Below, one piece after another: positions 9,758 to 19,295 of a stretch of 50,556 nt of DNA. The notes below the pieces were generated by a model. The model was not told the DNA's origin. It ran no database searches and worked only from the letters and a program-made list of their open reading frames with translations. The DNA is from Chitinophagaceae bacterium (GTDB lineage Bacteria > Bacteroidota > Bacteroidia > Chitinophagales > Chitinophagaceae), in assembly GCA_043780275.1 (NCBI GenBank), contig JAYWCV010000075.1, forward strand, positions 1-50,556, written 5' to 3'. The stretch's first letter is position 1; each line of letters starts with the position of its first letter. The translations under genes and the position numbers were made by a program.

Positions 9758-10924
9758 TTATTTCAAATCGGATAATACCGGTATAATTTTGCTAAGTTCT
9801 TTCTCTCCCCATTTATTTACAATGGTTCCTTCCTTTAAAAAATACAAAGTCGGGTTTGTACGGGCTGCTGTTCTGATTGCGGTAAAATCGCAATTAAAAA
9901 ATGGCAGATTTTCAAAAGCCGTATTGACCACTTCTTTTTTAGCTTCCACTACAGAACTGGTTACAATATAAAGTGGTATATTTTTTTCAACAGCCAAAGT
10001 ATTTACTGCTAGCATTTCTTCTTTCCAGGATTTTGAAGCCTTTGATAAATTTTCGGAAAATAAAATCAGGCAATATTTTTCTGCCAATACAATAGAAGTA
10101 AAGTTGTTATTATTCTCATCGTTTAAAGCAAATCCTTTTATAGGTGGTTCGGCATTCCCTTTTCTGATTTGTTTATCTATCCGGTCGAGGTATTTATAAG
10201 AATCCAGATCAGCCGGTAATTCAGATGGGGAGAATTCAAATTTAGTTCCACCCTTTTCATAAACAAACCGGATGGCAAAACTATCTGTAATGGCACCAGC
10301 AGGCGTTTTCATTTGTTCTTTGATATTGTTTGAAACCTTAAATGGTAAACAATCTACCACAGGTAAATAGTTTAATACATACCATTGAAAAGCAAAACTG
10401 AAAACGATGGTAGCCAACATGGCAAATCGTGTTTTTCCGGAAGAAATAATTGGTTTAATATATTTTAGTGAATACAAAAGGAAAATAATCAAAACCGTGA
10501 GAACCACATCTTTAATAAAAGATGTTTTTGCTGAAATAGGCAAACAGTCACCAAAACATCCACAGTTTTTGAATTTACCAGAGAAATAAGCGTAGGCTGT
10601 AAGAAAGGTGAAAAACAGCGTCATGACAAACAACAATTTACTCATCAATTTAATTTGCCATCCCAATAGCAAAGCAACTCCGGCTATTATTTCAAATGCA
10701 ATTAAAAGCACAGACAATGCCAGTGAATGTGCATGCAGATATTGAAAAGTGGAAATCAGCATACTACTTAGAAAAGAAGAGGATGATGCAAGACCTGCAT
10801 TCCAGATCTCAAAAAACTCCTGCATCTTATAACTTAAACCAAGCGGATCATTTGCTTTAACCAATCCTGAAAAAATGAAAAGGATCCCAACCAGGTTCCG
10901 TACAAGTGTTACCAATTTTTTCAT
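9758..10924 (-). CDS. DoxX/MauE-like membrane domain fused to a thioredoxin-like domain (BT_3928-like family)
   Basis: 388-aa ORF. The N-terminal half has about 5 TM segments and the motif NCGCFGDC. The C-terminal half is soluble and thioredoxin-fold-like. Confidence 0.7.
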   Translation of the reverse strand: MKKLVTLVRNLVGILFIFSGLVKANDPLGLSYKMQEFFEIWNAGLASSSSFLSSMLISTFQYLHAHSLALSVLLIAFEIIAGVALLLGWQIKLMSKLLFVMTLFFTFLTAYAYFSGKFKNCGCFGDCLPISAKTSFIKDVVLTVLIIFLLYSLKYIKPIISSGKTRFAMLATIVFSFAFQWYVLNYLPVVDCLPFKVSNNIKEQMKTPAGAITDSFAIRFVYEKGGTKFEFSPSELPADLDSYKYLDRIDKQIRKGNAEPPIKGFALNDENNNNFTSIVLAEKYCLILFSENLSKASKSWKEEMLAVNTLAVEKNIPLYIVTSSVVEAKKEVVNTAFENLPFFNCDFTAIRTAARTNPTLYFLKEGTIVNKWGEKELSKIIPVLSDLK

Positions 10925-10944
10925 GCATTAAATTTTTTACCGGT

Positions 10945-11484
10945 TTATTCTTCCGGCATTAAAATAAGTGCAAAAACAGCATAATTTATAATATCGTGAT
11001 AATTAGCATCTATGCCTTCACTGATTAATGTTTTTCCATCATTGATCAGAATTTGTCGAATGCGTTGCAATTTCATCAAAATAAGGTCCACAAAACTTTC
11101 CTGGCTCATGCTGCGCCATGCTTCGCCATAGTCATGATTTTTATCCATCATCAGATTGAAGGCAGTTTCTGAATTTGACTTGTACATTTCTGAAACCCGG
11201 TCAATCGGTAATTCCTCCGGTGCATTCTCTTCCAACTGTAGTTGAATGAGCCCGATAATGGCATAGTTGATTATGCCTTTGAATTCGGCTGTAATATCGT
11301 CATTGATTTTTTGAAAACCTTTTTGTTGTATTGTCCGTATCCGCTGTGCTTTAATAAAAATTTGATCGACGATGGAAATGGTTCTTAAAACTCTCCATGC
11401 TGTACCGTAATCACTAGCTTTTTTAATAAAAATAGCTTTACAACTTTCTATAATTTCATGATACTGCTGATCGGTCGTTGACAT
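10945..11484 (-). CDS. DUF1599 domain protein
   Basis: The ORF has an internally duplicated helical module (KASDYGTAWR... and KNHDYGEAWR...) and lies divergent from folP, as is usual in Bacteroidota. I prefer the ATG at 11484 over the TTG at 11493. Confidence 0.75.
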   Translation of the reverse strand: MSTTDQQYHEIIESCKAIFIKKASDYGTAWRVLRTISIVDQIFIKAQRIRTIQQKGFQKINDDITAEFKGIINYAIIGLIQLQLEENAPEELPIDRVSEMYKSNSETAFNLMMDKNHDYGEAWRSMSQESFVDLILMKLQRIRQILINDGKTLISEGIDANYHDIINYAVFALILMPEE

Positions 11485-11571
11485 ATATATCAAAATGTTT
11501 AATACTAATTTTTGTAAATAGACAGATGCTTCTTCTCTATCTTTAGCATCAAAAATAAGGAACTCCGTCTA

Positions 11572-12399
11572 ATGTTTACATTGAACTGCAAAGGAAGACT
11601 GCTAAAAATTGATAAGCCACTTGTTATGGGCATTATCAATACTACGCCAGATTCTTTTTATGAAGATAGCCGATACAATTCTATCAAAGACATTCTTAAA
11701 AAAGTTGAACAAATGCTTTTTGAAGGTGCTGATATCATTGATATTGGCGGACAAAGTTCGAGACCAAGAAGTGAAACTGTTTCTGAAATGGAAGAAATGG
11801 AACGGGTTATTCCGGTAATAAAAGCCATTGTTGCAAAATTTCCGGAAACCATTATATCCATTGACAGCTATTATGCAAAAGTTGCCAAAGCTGCTGTGGA
11901 AGCAGGTGCTATTATTGTAAATGATATCAGTGCAGGAAACATGGATGCAGAAATGATACAGACCGTTTCATTATTAAATGTTCCATACATCATCATGCAT
12001 ATGAAAGGAATTCCGAAAACCATGCAGGATGACCCTCACTATGAAAACATTCATAAAGAAGTGCTTGATTTTTTTATTGAGCGAATTGCGGCATGCAAAA
12101 ATGCAGGTATCAAAGACCTGATTATTGATCCGGGTATTGGTTTTGGAAAGACACTTGAACAAAATTTTGAGTTGATTAAAAATCTTTCTCTTTTAAAAAT
12201 GTTTGAATGCCCTATCCTTTTGGGTGTTTCCCGAAAGTCGCTTATTTATAGAACATTAAATATAAGTGCGGCCGAAGCCTTGAATGGAACAAGTGTTTTA
12301 AATAGTTTTGCTTTAATGGCTTCTGCAAATATTCTGCGGGTACATGATGTGAAAGAAGCAAAGCAAACAATTCAACTATTTAGTGCTTGTGTCAGATGA
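11572..12399 (+). CDS. folP: dihydropteroate synthase
   Basis: 275-aa ORF with the motifs GIINTTPDSFYEDSRY, DIGGQSSRP and DPGIGFGK. Confidence 0.95.
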   Translation: MFTLNCKGRLLKIDKPLVMGIINTTPDSFYEDSRYNSIKDILKKVEQMLFEGADIIDIGGQSSRPRSETVSEMEEMERVIPVIKAIVAKFPETIISIDSYYAKVAKAAVEAGAIIVNDISAGNMDAEMIQTVSLLNVPYIIMHMKGIPKTMQDDPHYENIHKEVLDFFIERIAACKNAGIKDLIIDPGIGFGKTLEQNFELIKNLSLLKMFECPILLGVSRKSLIYRTLNISAAEALNGTSVLNSFALMASANILRVHDVKEAKQTIQLFSACVR

Positions 12400-12428
12400 T
12401 TTTTATTAAACAGAACCTATTGTAAATA

Positions 12429-12460
12429 AAAAAAGCAATCAATGAAGATTGCTCTTTCCA
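12429..12460 (+). terminator. candidate folP terminator hairpin
   Basis: AGCAATC (12434..12440) and GATTGCT (12447..12453) flank a 6-nt loop, with an A-run before and a T/C-rich tail after. The tail is weak. Confidence 0.35.
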
Positions 12461-12610
12461 TTCTGGCAAGTTTTTAAATTAATCAGACTTCCTTCTCTTG
12501 CTTCGTTTTTTAACTGGTTAATCAGTCAGAATGATAGATTGGATATTCGAAATAGTCAAATTCATAAGGTCGAATACTAGTTCTGGATTTTGGAGTTAAA
12601 AACGGAGCCT

Positions 12611-12646
12611 ATAAAAATTTCAAAGGAAAGATTGCTCTTTCCTTTG
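12611..12646 (-). terminator. rho-independent terminator of the FKBP gene
   Basis: Perfect 10-bp stem CAAAGGAAAG (12621..12630) / CTTTCCTTTG (12637..12646) with a 6-nt loop. On the minus strand it is followed by AAATTTTTAT. It lies 45 nt after the stop codon at 12691. Confidence 0.65.
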
Positions 12647-12690
12647 CATAACAAATGTCTGTATTTTATTCCAAATAAAATCAATAAATT

Positions 12691-13593
12691 TTATTTTTTT
12701 GCTTGAGGCGTTGCCGGAGCTTTATCCTGAATTGAAATGATTTCAATATCAAAAATCAATGTTTCATATGGTTTTATTTTATCAGATTGCGGTCTGTCGG
12801 CATATGCAAGCATGGACGGAATATATAATTTTACTTTGCTACCCTGCTTAATATTCAATAATCCTAAATCAAAACCTCTGATCATTTCTCCTACGCCTAC
12901 TGTAAAACTCAGGGGCTCGGTACGTCCGAAAGAAGGATCGGTGTTTGAATCGAATTTAACGCCGGATATACTTGTACCTGAATACATAACACTGATATAT
13001 TTTCCGTTTTCAACTATTGGTCCGTTACCATTTAAAATAGTTTCAACAAAAACACCCGATTCGGTTTTAGTTGCAGTAATCTTGTTTTTTGCAATATATG
13101 CAGCTAAAGCATCTACTTCTTTTTTGCTTATCAATTCTTTTTCTTTGGCTTCATCTAACTGAGCTAAAGAATCAGATTCAAAAACATCAATCACTTTTAA
13201 TGAAAAATGCAAAACAGATCCTGCTTTAAGAAACGGTGGAAGTTGTCCGGGGGTTCTTTTTAAAAAAGTATCCACCATCTGTGATGTGAAAACACTATCT
13301 CCTTTCCGTAACTCCATGAATAATTCAGAAATGTCATAAGTAGTTTGACTTTTCTGGGCTTTTACATAAACAGGCATATTTGAAGTACGTGAATCAAATA
13401 ATACACTGTCATTCAATAACTGGATGAAATGTGCTTTGAAAATATATCCTTCTTTAACTTCTTTTCCTTTTGCATCTGTTCTGAATAACTGGTAAGGCAT
13501 ACCGGTTGCCGTCTTTTTGAAATCGACAGAATTACATGCTGATAAAAAAATAACTGATAAAATGAACAGACTGATTCCTGAATTTAGTTTCAT
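12691..13593 (-). CDS. FKBP-type peptidyl-prolyl cis-trans isomerase, secreted or lipoprotein
   Basis: 300-aa ORF with a signal peptide ending in Cys (LSVIFLSAC) and a C-terminal FKBP domain (YSGTSISGVKFDSN...GVGEMIRGFDLGL...LIFDIEI). Confidence 0.85.
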   Translation of the reverse strand: MKLNSGISLFILSVIFLSACNSVDFKKTATGMPYQLFRTDAKGKEVKEGYIFKAHFIQLLNDSVLFDSRTSNMPVYVKAQKSQTTYDISELFMELRKGDSVFTSQMVDTFLKRTPGQLPPFLKAGSVLHFSLKVIDVFESDSLAQLDEAKEKELISKKEVDALAAYIAKNKITATKTESGVFVETILNGNGPIVENGKYISVMYSGTSISGVKFDSNTDPSFGRTEPLSFTVGVGEMIRGFDLGLLNIKQGSKVKLYIPSMLAYADRPQSDKIKPYETLIFDIEIISIQDKAPATPQAKK

Positions 13594-13610
13594 GTTTTTT
13601 TAATTGATGA

Positions 13611-14618
13611 TTATATAAGTGAGCTTTTATTTTCGTTTATTGATACAAGGAATTTTGCTTTTGCTTCTTCTAAAGTTTCGGAACTACGACCTCCTGCTGC
13701 ATGAAAATGACCTCCACCTTCAAAATAATTGCGAGCAAAAGTATTGCAATCAAAGTCGCCTTTGCTTCTGAATGACCATTTTCTTTGTTCATCCCGATCA
13801 ATTAAAAGAGCCGCTAATTTTATTCCTTTAATGGAAAGTGGGTAATTGACCAAACCTTCTGTATCGCCGGTTTTTATATCGTATTGTTCAATGTCTTCTT
13901 TGGGAATGACAATGATGGCAGTATTCAACTCATAAATGACTTTCATCCTGTTCAACAATACATGTCCGATAAAACGCAAACGGTTTTCCAGAAAATTGTC
14001 GAACAATTCCTCATGTACATGGGTGTGTTCGAGTCCTTTGTCTTTTAATTCGGCAACCATTTTATGAACACCGGCATGTGTCGATGAAAAACGGAAAGAA
14101 CCGGTATCTGCAATGACCCCTGCATAAATACATTCGTTTACCTCTTTGATCAGCTTATCTCTATTTCCTGATTCGACAATGAAATCATAAATCATTTCAG
14201 CGGTAGAACTTTTGGCTGTATTGCTTATGCCAAAATTAAAACTATTCTCATCGGGCTGTTGATGATGGTCGATCAGAATTTTTTTGCAAGTCAGTGTAGC
14301 TAATACCGAAGCCATTTTTCTGGTTCGATGAAAGGCGTTAAAATCCAGGCAAAAAAGCCAATCGGCATTTAGAAGAGCAGCATTTGCTTTTTCCGTATTT
14401 TTTTCAAAGTCCAAAACTTCAGAAGCACCAGGCATCCAACTGAGCAAATTTGTCCAGTTAGTTGGTGAAATAACAATTACTTCGTGACCAAGTTGTGTAA
14501 GAAAATGTTTTAAACCTAAGGAGGATCCCATTGCATCTGCATCGGGTTTTTCGTGCATGGTTATAACAACCCGTTTGGGATCATTTAAAAGCGGGTAAAA
14601 TTCGTATATGGGCTTCAT
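13611..14618 (-). CDS. nrnA: DHH-family phosphoesterase, NrnA-like oligoribonuclease/pAp phosphatase
   Basis: 335-aa ORF with the motifs HEKPDADAMGS, LIDHHQ and GGGHFHAAGG. Confidence 0.85.
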   Translation of the reverse strand: MKPIYEFYPLLNDPKRVVITMHEKPDADAMGSSLGLKHFLTQLGHEVIVISPTNWTNLLSWMPGASEVLDFEKNTEKANAALLNADWLFCLDFNAFHRTRKMASVLATLTCKKILIDHHQQPDENSFNFGISNTAKSSTAEMIYDFIVESGNRDKLIKEVNECIYAGVIADTGSFRFSSTHAGVHKMVAELKDKGLEHTHVHEELFDNFLENRLRFIGHVLLNRMKVIYELNTAIIVIPKEDIEQYDIKTGDTEGLVNYPLSIKGIKLAALLIDRDEQRKWSFRSKGDFDCNTFARNYFEGGGHFHAAGGRSSETLEEAKAKFLVSINENKSSLI

Positions 14619-14626
14619 AAAGATGG

Positions 14627-14634
14627 CAAAGCTA
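14627..14634 (-). promoter_or_regulatory. -7 box TAGCTTTG for the nrnA-FKBP unit
   Basis: Exact TAnnTTTG match, ending 8 nt upstream of the ATG at 14618. Confidence 0.35.
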
Positions 14635-14728
14635 ATTAAAACAGTTAAATCAACTAAGTAAATGATTAAATTATGTCTTTAATAAATAAATAGTCATTTT
14701 TACTGAAATAAAAATCCTCATCTTCTAT

Positions 14729-14736
14729 TACCTTTG
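14729..14736 (+). promoter_or_regulatory. -7 box TACCTTTG for ndk
   Basis: Exact TAnnTTTG match, ending 23 nt upstream of the ATG at 14760. Confidence 0.4.
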
Positions 14737-14759
14737 CGGCGCAAAAACACATAAAAAAA

Positions 14760-15182
14760 ATGACTATGAGTAACAGAACTTTTACAATGATTAAGCCGGA
14801 TGCTATGCGAAACGGACATGCAGGAGCCGTTTTGGATATGATCATCAAGGGTGGGTTTAAAATAATTTCTTTGAAGCAGATTAAATTAACTGTAGAAAAA
14901 GCGGGTGAATTTTATGCTGTTCACAGCGAAAGACCTTTTTACGGAGAATTGGTGGAATTTATGAGCAGTGGAGTAATTATTGCCGCCATTTTTGAAAAAG
15001 AAAACGCTGTAGTTGATTTTCGTACACTGATCGGAGCTACAGATCCAAGTAAAGCTGAGGAAGGAACAATCCGTAAAGCGTATGCTACATCGATTGGTGA
15101 AAATGCTGTACATGGAAGTGACAGTGATGAGAATGCAGCAATTGAAGGGAATTTCTTTTTCTCGGCATTTGAAAGATTCTAA
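14760..15182 (+). CDS. ndk: nucleoside-diphosphate kinase
   Basis: 140-aa ORF with [11 protein letters not shown] and the active-site motif NAVHGSDS. Confidence 0.95.
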   Translation: MTMSNRTFTMIKPDAMRNGHAGAVLDMIIKGGFKIISLKQIKLTVEKAGEFYAVHSERPFYGELVEFMSSGVIIAAIFEKENAVVDFRTLIGATDPSKAEEGTIRKAYATSIGENAVHGSDSDENAAIEGNFFFSAFERF

Positions 15183-15206
15183 TATATAAATTCTTATTTG
15201 AATTTG

Positions 15207-15238
15207 AAAAGGAGTCTGCTTTAGCAACTCCTTTTTTT
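15207..15238. terminator. bidirectional terminator between ndk and the TraB/GumN gene
   Basis: AAAAGGAGT (15207..15215) pairs with ACTCCTTTT (15227..15235). A-run and T-run flanks allow function on both strands. It overlaps the stop codon of the minus-strand gene. Confidence 0.65.
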
Positions 15239-16145
15239 ATAGCTCTTTTGTGTTCTTACGATTTTCGACTGCTGTTAGAATAAATCCTTCTTTTTTCAAT
15301 AATTCGATCAATCCATTCTCTCCGGGCAAATGTCCTGCACCCACCGCAATGACCATTGATTTTTGAGGTAATAGTAACTTTAATTTTTTCAACCATTTTT
15401 TATTGCGGTCGTACAAAATTAAATCTGTAAAATCGGCCAATCCTAATTCAATATTTTTTGTCAAGGCTTCAAACTTTATCAGATCCTGACTTTTATATGC
15501 CTGCATTAATTCTTCAAATTCCTTTGTACTGGTTTTTCCAAGTGCTAAACTGTCGATATATTGAAGCAATAATTTTGCCTGTAACTGATAAGGGATTTTA
15601 TCAAAAACTTCCAACTGATCATGGAGCGTTTCCATTCCCATTATCTTCTTTCCATCAGCCAGACTTTGTTTCATAACTATTTCTTCCATAGAAATAATTT
15701 CATCACAGGGCAAATCTTTCTGAGTCATTAAAGATGCTGCAAAAAAAGGTTTGAAGCTTTCCAACATGGAGAATGGGATCATTGCATTGTTCTTTTCAAA
15801 GTAATTTTTTACTTTCTGATAATCTGCAGCATTCATCAGGTCTTTGAATGTGCTGTCGTTTTTCATTTTCATATTAGAAATTCCATCCAGCATATCAGTA
15901 AGATTGTCCATATCCAACTCCAGATAAACTTCATCGGAAGCTTTGATGGCATCTTTCAAATTATTACTCAAAAAAGCATCGGTGGCACAAAGCATATGAA
16001 TGGTGCCAAATAAATAAGAGGGATAAGTTATTCCATTCCCACTTATTTTCCATAAAAGAGTTTGCTCATTTTCATTATTTTTTTTCTGTGCAAAAACAGA
16101 GGTTGACAGAAAAAAGCAAACAGAAAAAGCAATAATTCTTTTCAT
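15237..16145 (-). CDS. TraB/GumN family protein, secreted
   Basis: 302-aa ORF with a signal peptide, GTIHM near the N-terminus, and VGAGHLPGENGLIELLKKEGF near the C-terminus. Confidence 0.8.
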   Translation of the reverse strand: MKRIIAFSVCFFLSTSVFAQKKNNENEQTLLWKISGNGITYPSYLFGTIHMLCATDAFLSNNLKDAIKASDEVYLELDMDNLTDMLDGISNMKMKNDSTFKDLMNAADYQKVKNYFEKNNAMIPFSMLESFKPFFAASLMTQKDLPCDEIISMEEIVMKQSLADGKKIMGMETLHDQLEVFDKIPYQLQAKLLLQYIDSLALGKTSTKEFEELMQAYKSQDLIKFEALTKNIELGLADFTDLILYDRNKKWLKKLKLLLPQKSMVIAVGAGHLPGENGLIELLKKEGFILTAVENRKNTKEL

Positions 16146-16258
16146 ATTAAAAAAGTAATAATAACGTGTAGTGTTATTAACCTATTGATAAATTTTCATA
16201 ATGTTGAACTATTTTCAAAAAAACTATTTGTCCTTTTTTGCTTCGCCAAAAAAGAACT

Positions 16259-16297
16259 AAAAAAGGCGACCCGAAAACGAAAACAGCCCGTTTTCGG
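16259..16297 (-). terminator. candidate terminator downstream of the UbiD-family gene
   Basis: 9-bp stem CCGAAAACG (16271..16279) / CGTTTTCGG (16289..16297). On the minus strand the stem is followed by GTCGCC and then T6. The spacer before the T-run is atypical. Confidence 0.35.
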
Positions 16298-16409
16298 TGA
16301 AGTTCCCTGATTTAACTTTTGTACTACTGTGGTGAACGGCTGTAGTACTCTGATGATTTATAATTTCATAACAACCTTTTTCAATAGCACAACAAGTTAA
16401 TAATAGGTA

Positions 16410-18335
16410 TCAGGTATTTACTACAGCCTCATCGCCATACATCATTCCCTGAAATTTTAATGAGGGTGATGGAATGAATTTGCCCAGCCCGAGTTTTCCC
16501 CATTTTTCATCAACAGCATCGATTGTCTGTTGGTCTGAGACAATAATATTTGGCCAATCACGGAAAAAATCGTCATGCTCCTTTGTCTTCATGGTTCCAT
16601 CAAAACCCATACAGGCAAAGGTTTTAGAACTATCAGCCAAAGAATTTCTTTGAACTAAAACATGGTCTCTCTTTGGGTCAAGGTTGTTGCAAAAACGCCA
16701 GAGAGCAATTGGCAGATCATTCGCATCAACGGTATGCTCCACATAAAGTATCATCTTTATTCCTTCTGTTTCTTCTAAGGAACAAATCTGTTCATGCAAT
16801 TCTTTTATATGTCCCTTCCTGTTTTTCTCTACAGAGATTATCAAACAATAGATTTCTTTTTTTAATAATGAACTATTCACTTCTTTAATCTCATGGAACT
16901 TCAACTTTAGTTCATCCATTGCCCATTTTACATTGCCTGTTTCCCTTTGATAACTCTCGTCAGTTTCCTCATCAAATTTGAAAGTTCCGTCAATGCACAT
17001 CTTTCCACCAAAACCAAGTTTGCTGCAGCTGTGATCCAGTACATCCATGGGTCCTTGCGAAAAATAAATATCGGTTGAAGGATTTAGGTTTTTAAAAACC
17101 GTTTTTGCCAGTGCTTCATAATCTGTTATATCCGTATTCCCATCAGCCATAACCAGAATTTTATTAAACATCATTTGTCCGGCACCCCACATTGCATTCA
17201 TTACTTTTTGTCCCTGTCCGGCATAATCTTTTTTAATTTTAGTAATCACCAGGTTATGAAAAACACCTTCCACAGGCATTTCCATGTCTACAATCTCCGG
17301 AACCAAGGTCATTTTTATAGGAGCAAGAAAAATCCGTTCTGTCGCTTTGCCAAGCCATGCATCTTCCTGTGGTGGTATGCCCACAATGGTGGCTGGATAA
17401 ATTGCATTTTTTTTGTGCGTGATGGCAGTAATGTGAAATTTCGGATACCAATCAGGTAGGGAATAATAACCGGTATGATCACCAAAAGGCCCTTCCCAAA
17501 TCAGATCATCATGTGGATCTACATATCCTTCAATAATAAAATCAGCATCAGAGGGTACTTCAATCTCCGGTTGTGAAATACATTTTACCAACTCCACATT
17601 TTTTTTTCGTAAAAACCCAGCCAGCATATATTCGTCTACATTTTCAGGTAAAGGTGCTGTGGCTGCATATGCATAAATCGGATCGCCACCCAATGCAACG
17701 GCTATGGGCATTCTCTTTCCCAGTTTTTTATATTCGTTAAAATGCTTTGCACTCACTTTGTGTTTGTGCCAATGCATACCGGTAAGGGTTGGGCCAAAAA
17801 CCTGCATTCGGTACATGCCCACATTTCTTGTTCCTTCGTTAGGATCTTTTGTATGAATAACCGGTAATGTTACAAAAGGTCCACCATCTTTGGGCCAACA
17901 AGTAATAACTGGTAACTTGGTTATGTCTGCTGTTTCCATAATGACTTCCTGGCACTCCCCTCTCCCTTTTTTTACTTTTGGCATCCAACTTGCAAACTGC
18001 CCGAGTTTTGGCAGCAGTTTTAATTTATCCAGGATTCCTTCTTTTGGAGAACTCAATAATTTAAAAAGATCTTCAATCTCTTTTGCAACGTCATTTAATT
18101 TGTCCACCTGTAAAGCCATGCACATTCTGCGTTCGCTGCCATATGCATTCATCAATACCGGAAAATCATAACCGGTATTTTCAAACAAAATGGCTTTTCC
18201 TCCATTGCCCGACTTACTGATGCGGTCAGTAATTTCTGCCATTTCAAGAACAGGATTTACGTATTCCTTTATCCTGATCAGTTCATCAGCTTTTTCTAAC
18301 CGATCTAAAAATTGAAGTAGATTACTATACGCCAT
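16410..18335 (-). CDS. UbiD-family decarboxylase, long form (menaquinone/ubiquinone-type aromatic decarboxylase)
   Basis: UbiD-like throughout (e.g. GPFVTLPVIHTKDP, RNVGMYRMQV, GGDP). I prefer the ATG at 18335 (MAYSNLLQFLDRLEK). The TTG at 18356 falls inside an exact -7 box. Confidence 0.85.
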   Translation of the reverse strand: MAYSNLLQFLDRLEKADELIRIKEYVNPVLEMAEITDRISKSGNGGKAILFENTGYDFPVLMNAYGSERRMCMALQVDKLNDVAKEIEDLFKLLSSPKEGILDKLKLLPKLGQFASWMPKVKKGRGECQEVIMETADITKLPVITCWPKDGGPFVTLPVIHTKDPNEGTRNVGMYRMQVFGPTLTGMHWHKHKVSAKHFNEYKKLGKRMPIAVALGGDPIYAYAATAPLPENVDEYMLAGFLRKKNVELVKCISQPEIEVPSDADFIIEGYVDPHDDLIWEGPFGDHTGYYSLPDWYPKFHITAITHKKNAIYPATIVGIPPQEDAWLGKATERIFLAPIKMTLVPEIVDMEMPVEGVFHNLVITKIKKDYAGQGQKVMNAMWGAGQMMFNKILVMADGNTDITDYEALAKTVFKNLNPSTDIYFSQGPMDVLDHSCSKLGFGGKMCIDGTFKFDEETDESYQRETGNVKWAMDELKLKFHEIKEVNSSLLKKEIYCLIISVEKNRKGHIKELHEQICSLEETEGIKMILYVEHTVDANDLPIALWRFCNNLDPKRDHVLVQRNSLADSSKTFACMGFDGTMKTKEHDDFFRDWPNIIVSDQQTIDAVDEKWGKLGLGKFIPSPSLKFQGMMYGDEAVVNT

Positions 18336-18353
18336 GAAGTGAATATTATGTTT

Positions 18354-18361
18354 CAAAGATA
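18354..18361 (-). promoter_or_regulatory. -7 box TATCTTTG for the UbiD-family gene
   Basis: Exact TAnnTTTG match, ending 18 nt upstream of the ATG at 18335. Confidence 0.4.
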
Positions 18362-18409
18362 TCTACAAACAGGCTAATTCATGGAGCAGATAATTTCTTT
18401 ATGATTCTA

Positions 18410-19276
18410 TTAGAAATTAACTGCAGGACAACCCAACTTTAATTTTCGGGTACTGTTTTTTTGAGAGTAACTTGAATTTGAACCGAATCGAATGGCAATA
18501 CTAATTCCATTAAAACTGTACAAGTCTTTTTGTTTTGAATTTCCTCTTTCGGTTCCATCCGCCGGATTTAACAAATTGCCACCAGGCAATTCATCGGCCC
18601 TATACGCCAGTTCAACAGCCCGGGGACCTCTGGCATTCAGTAATATTGTTTCGTCGATATAAGTGGCACTTACATCATCTAAATAATCTGTAAATAATTT
18701 GCGTAAACCCAATTCAAATCCAAATTGTATATTATCTGTTAAGGCAAACTTTATTCCACCACCAAAAGGAATACTTGGCTGTATTAATGCATATTTTTTT
18801 CTATCCGGGTATTGAGAAAATCCCTGCCCTTCTGTATTAAGAGGATGTAAATAAACTTTTTGATTGTTTACATCATATGAATACGGATTAAAATGAAAAA
18901 TGGCAATGCCGGCAAAAATATACGGAGTAAATCTATTTTCATACAAACTTAAAAGCTGGTACTCGCCGGCAATTGCAAATTCCTTAATAGAAGACTGAAA
19001 ATTCAGATTTCGTTGTAAAATATCAGATTTGGAACTCAGTGCATCATTCCCTTCTATTTTCCCATAACTGAATATAGCTCTGACAATAATTTTATCGCTG
19101 ACTTCATATTGAACGCCAATTCCATATGAAGGTTTAGTTAGTTTGAAATCAATATATTTTGAAGCCAGGTCACCTAAATAATTGGACACACCTGCATTTA
19201 CTACAACATGTAAATTTTGAGCAAATGAATGATTAAATAAAAAAATAAAGAATATGGTTGTCCGGAGAAATCTCAT
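18410..19276 (-). CDS. outer-membrane beta-barrel protein (DUF6089-like)
   Basis: Signal peptide MRFLRTTIFFIFLFNHSFAQ, alternating beta-strand pattern and a C-terminal aromatic residue. I prefer the ATG at 19276. The family name is recalled from memory. Confidence 0.6.
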   Translation of the reverse strand: MRFLRTTIFFIFLFNHSFAQNLHVVVNAGVSNYLGDLASKYIDFKLTKPSYGIGVQYEVSDKIIVRAIFSYGKIEGNDALSSKSDILQRNLNFQSSIKEFAIAGEYQLLSLYENRFTPYIFAGIAIFHFNPYSYDVNNQKVYLHPLNTEGQGFSQYPDRKKYALIQPSIPFGGGIKFALTDNIQFGFELGLRKLFTDYLDDVSATYIDETILLNARGPRAVELAYRADELPGGNLLNPADGTERGNSKQKDLYSFNGISIAIRFGSNSSYSQKNSTRKLKLGCPAVNF

Positions 19277-19295
19277 TTTAATTGTGTAATTCAAG

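Noticed and set aside
16146-16409. Possible SRP (4.5S) RNA or tRNA in the structured spacer
   Set aside because: I found no GGAA/AGCA-type SRP domain IV motifs, no GTTCRANNC T-loop and no cloverleaf arrangement on either strand. It is kept only as an unclassified structured region.
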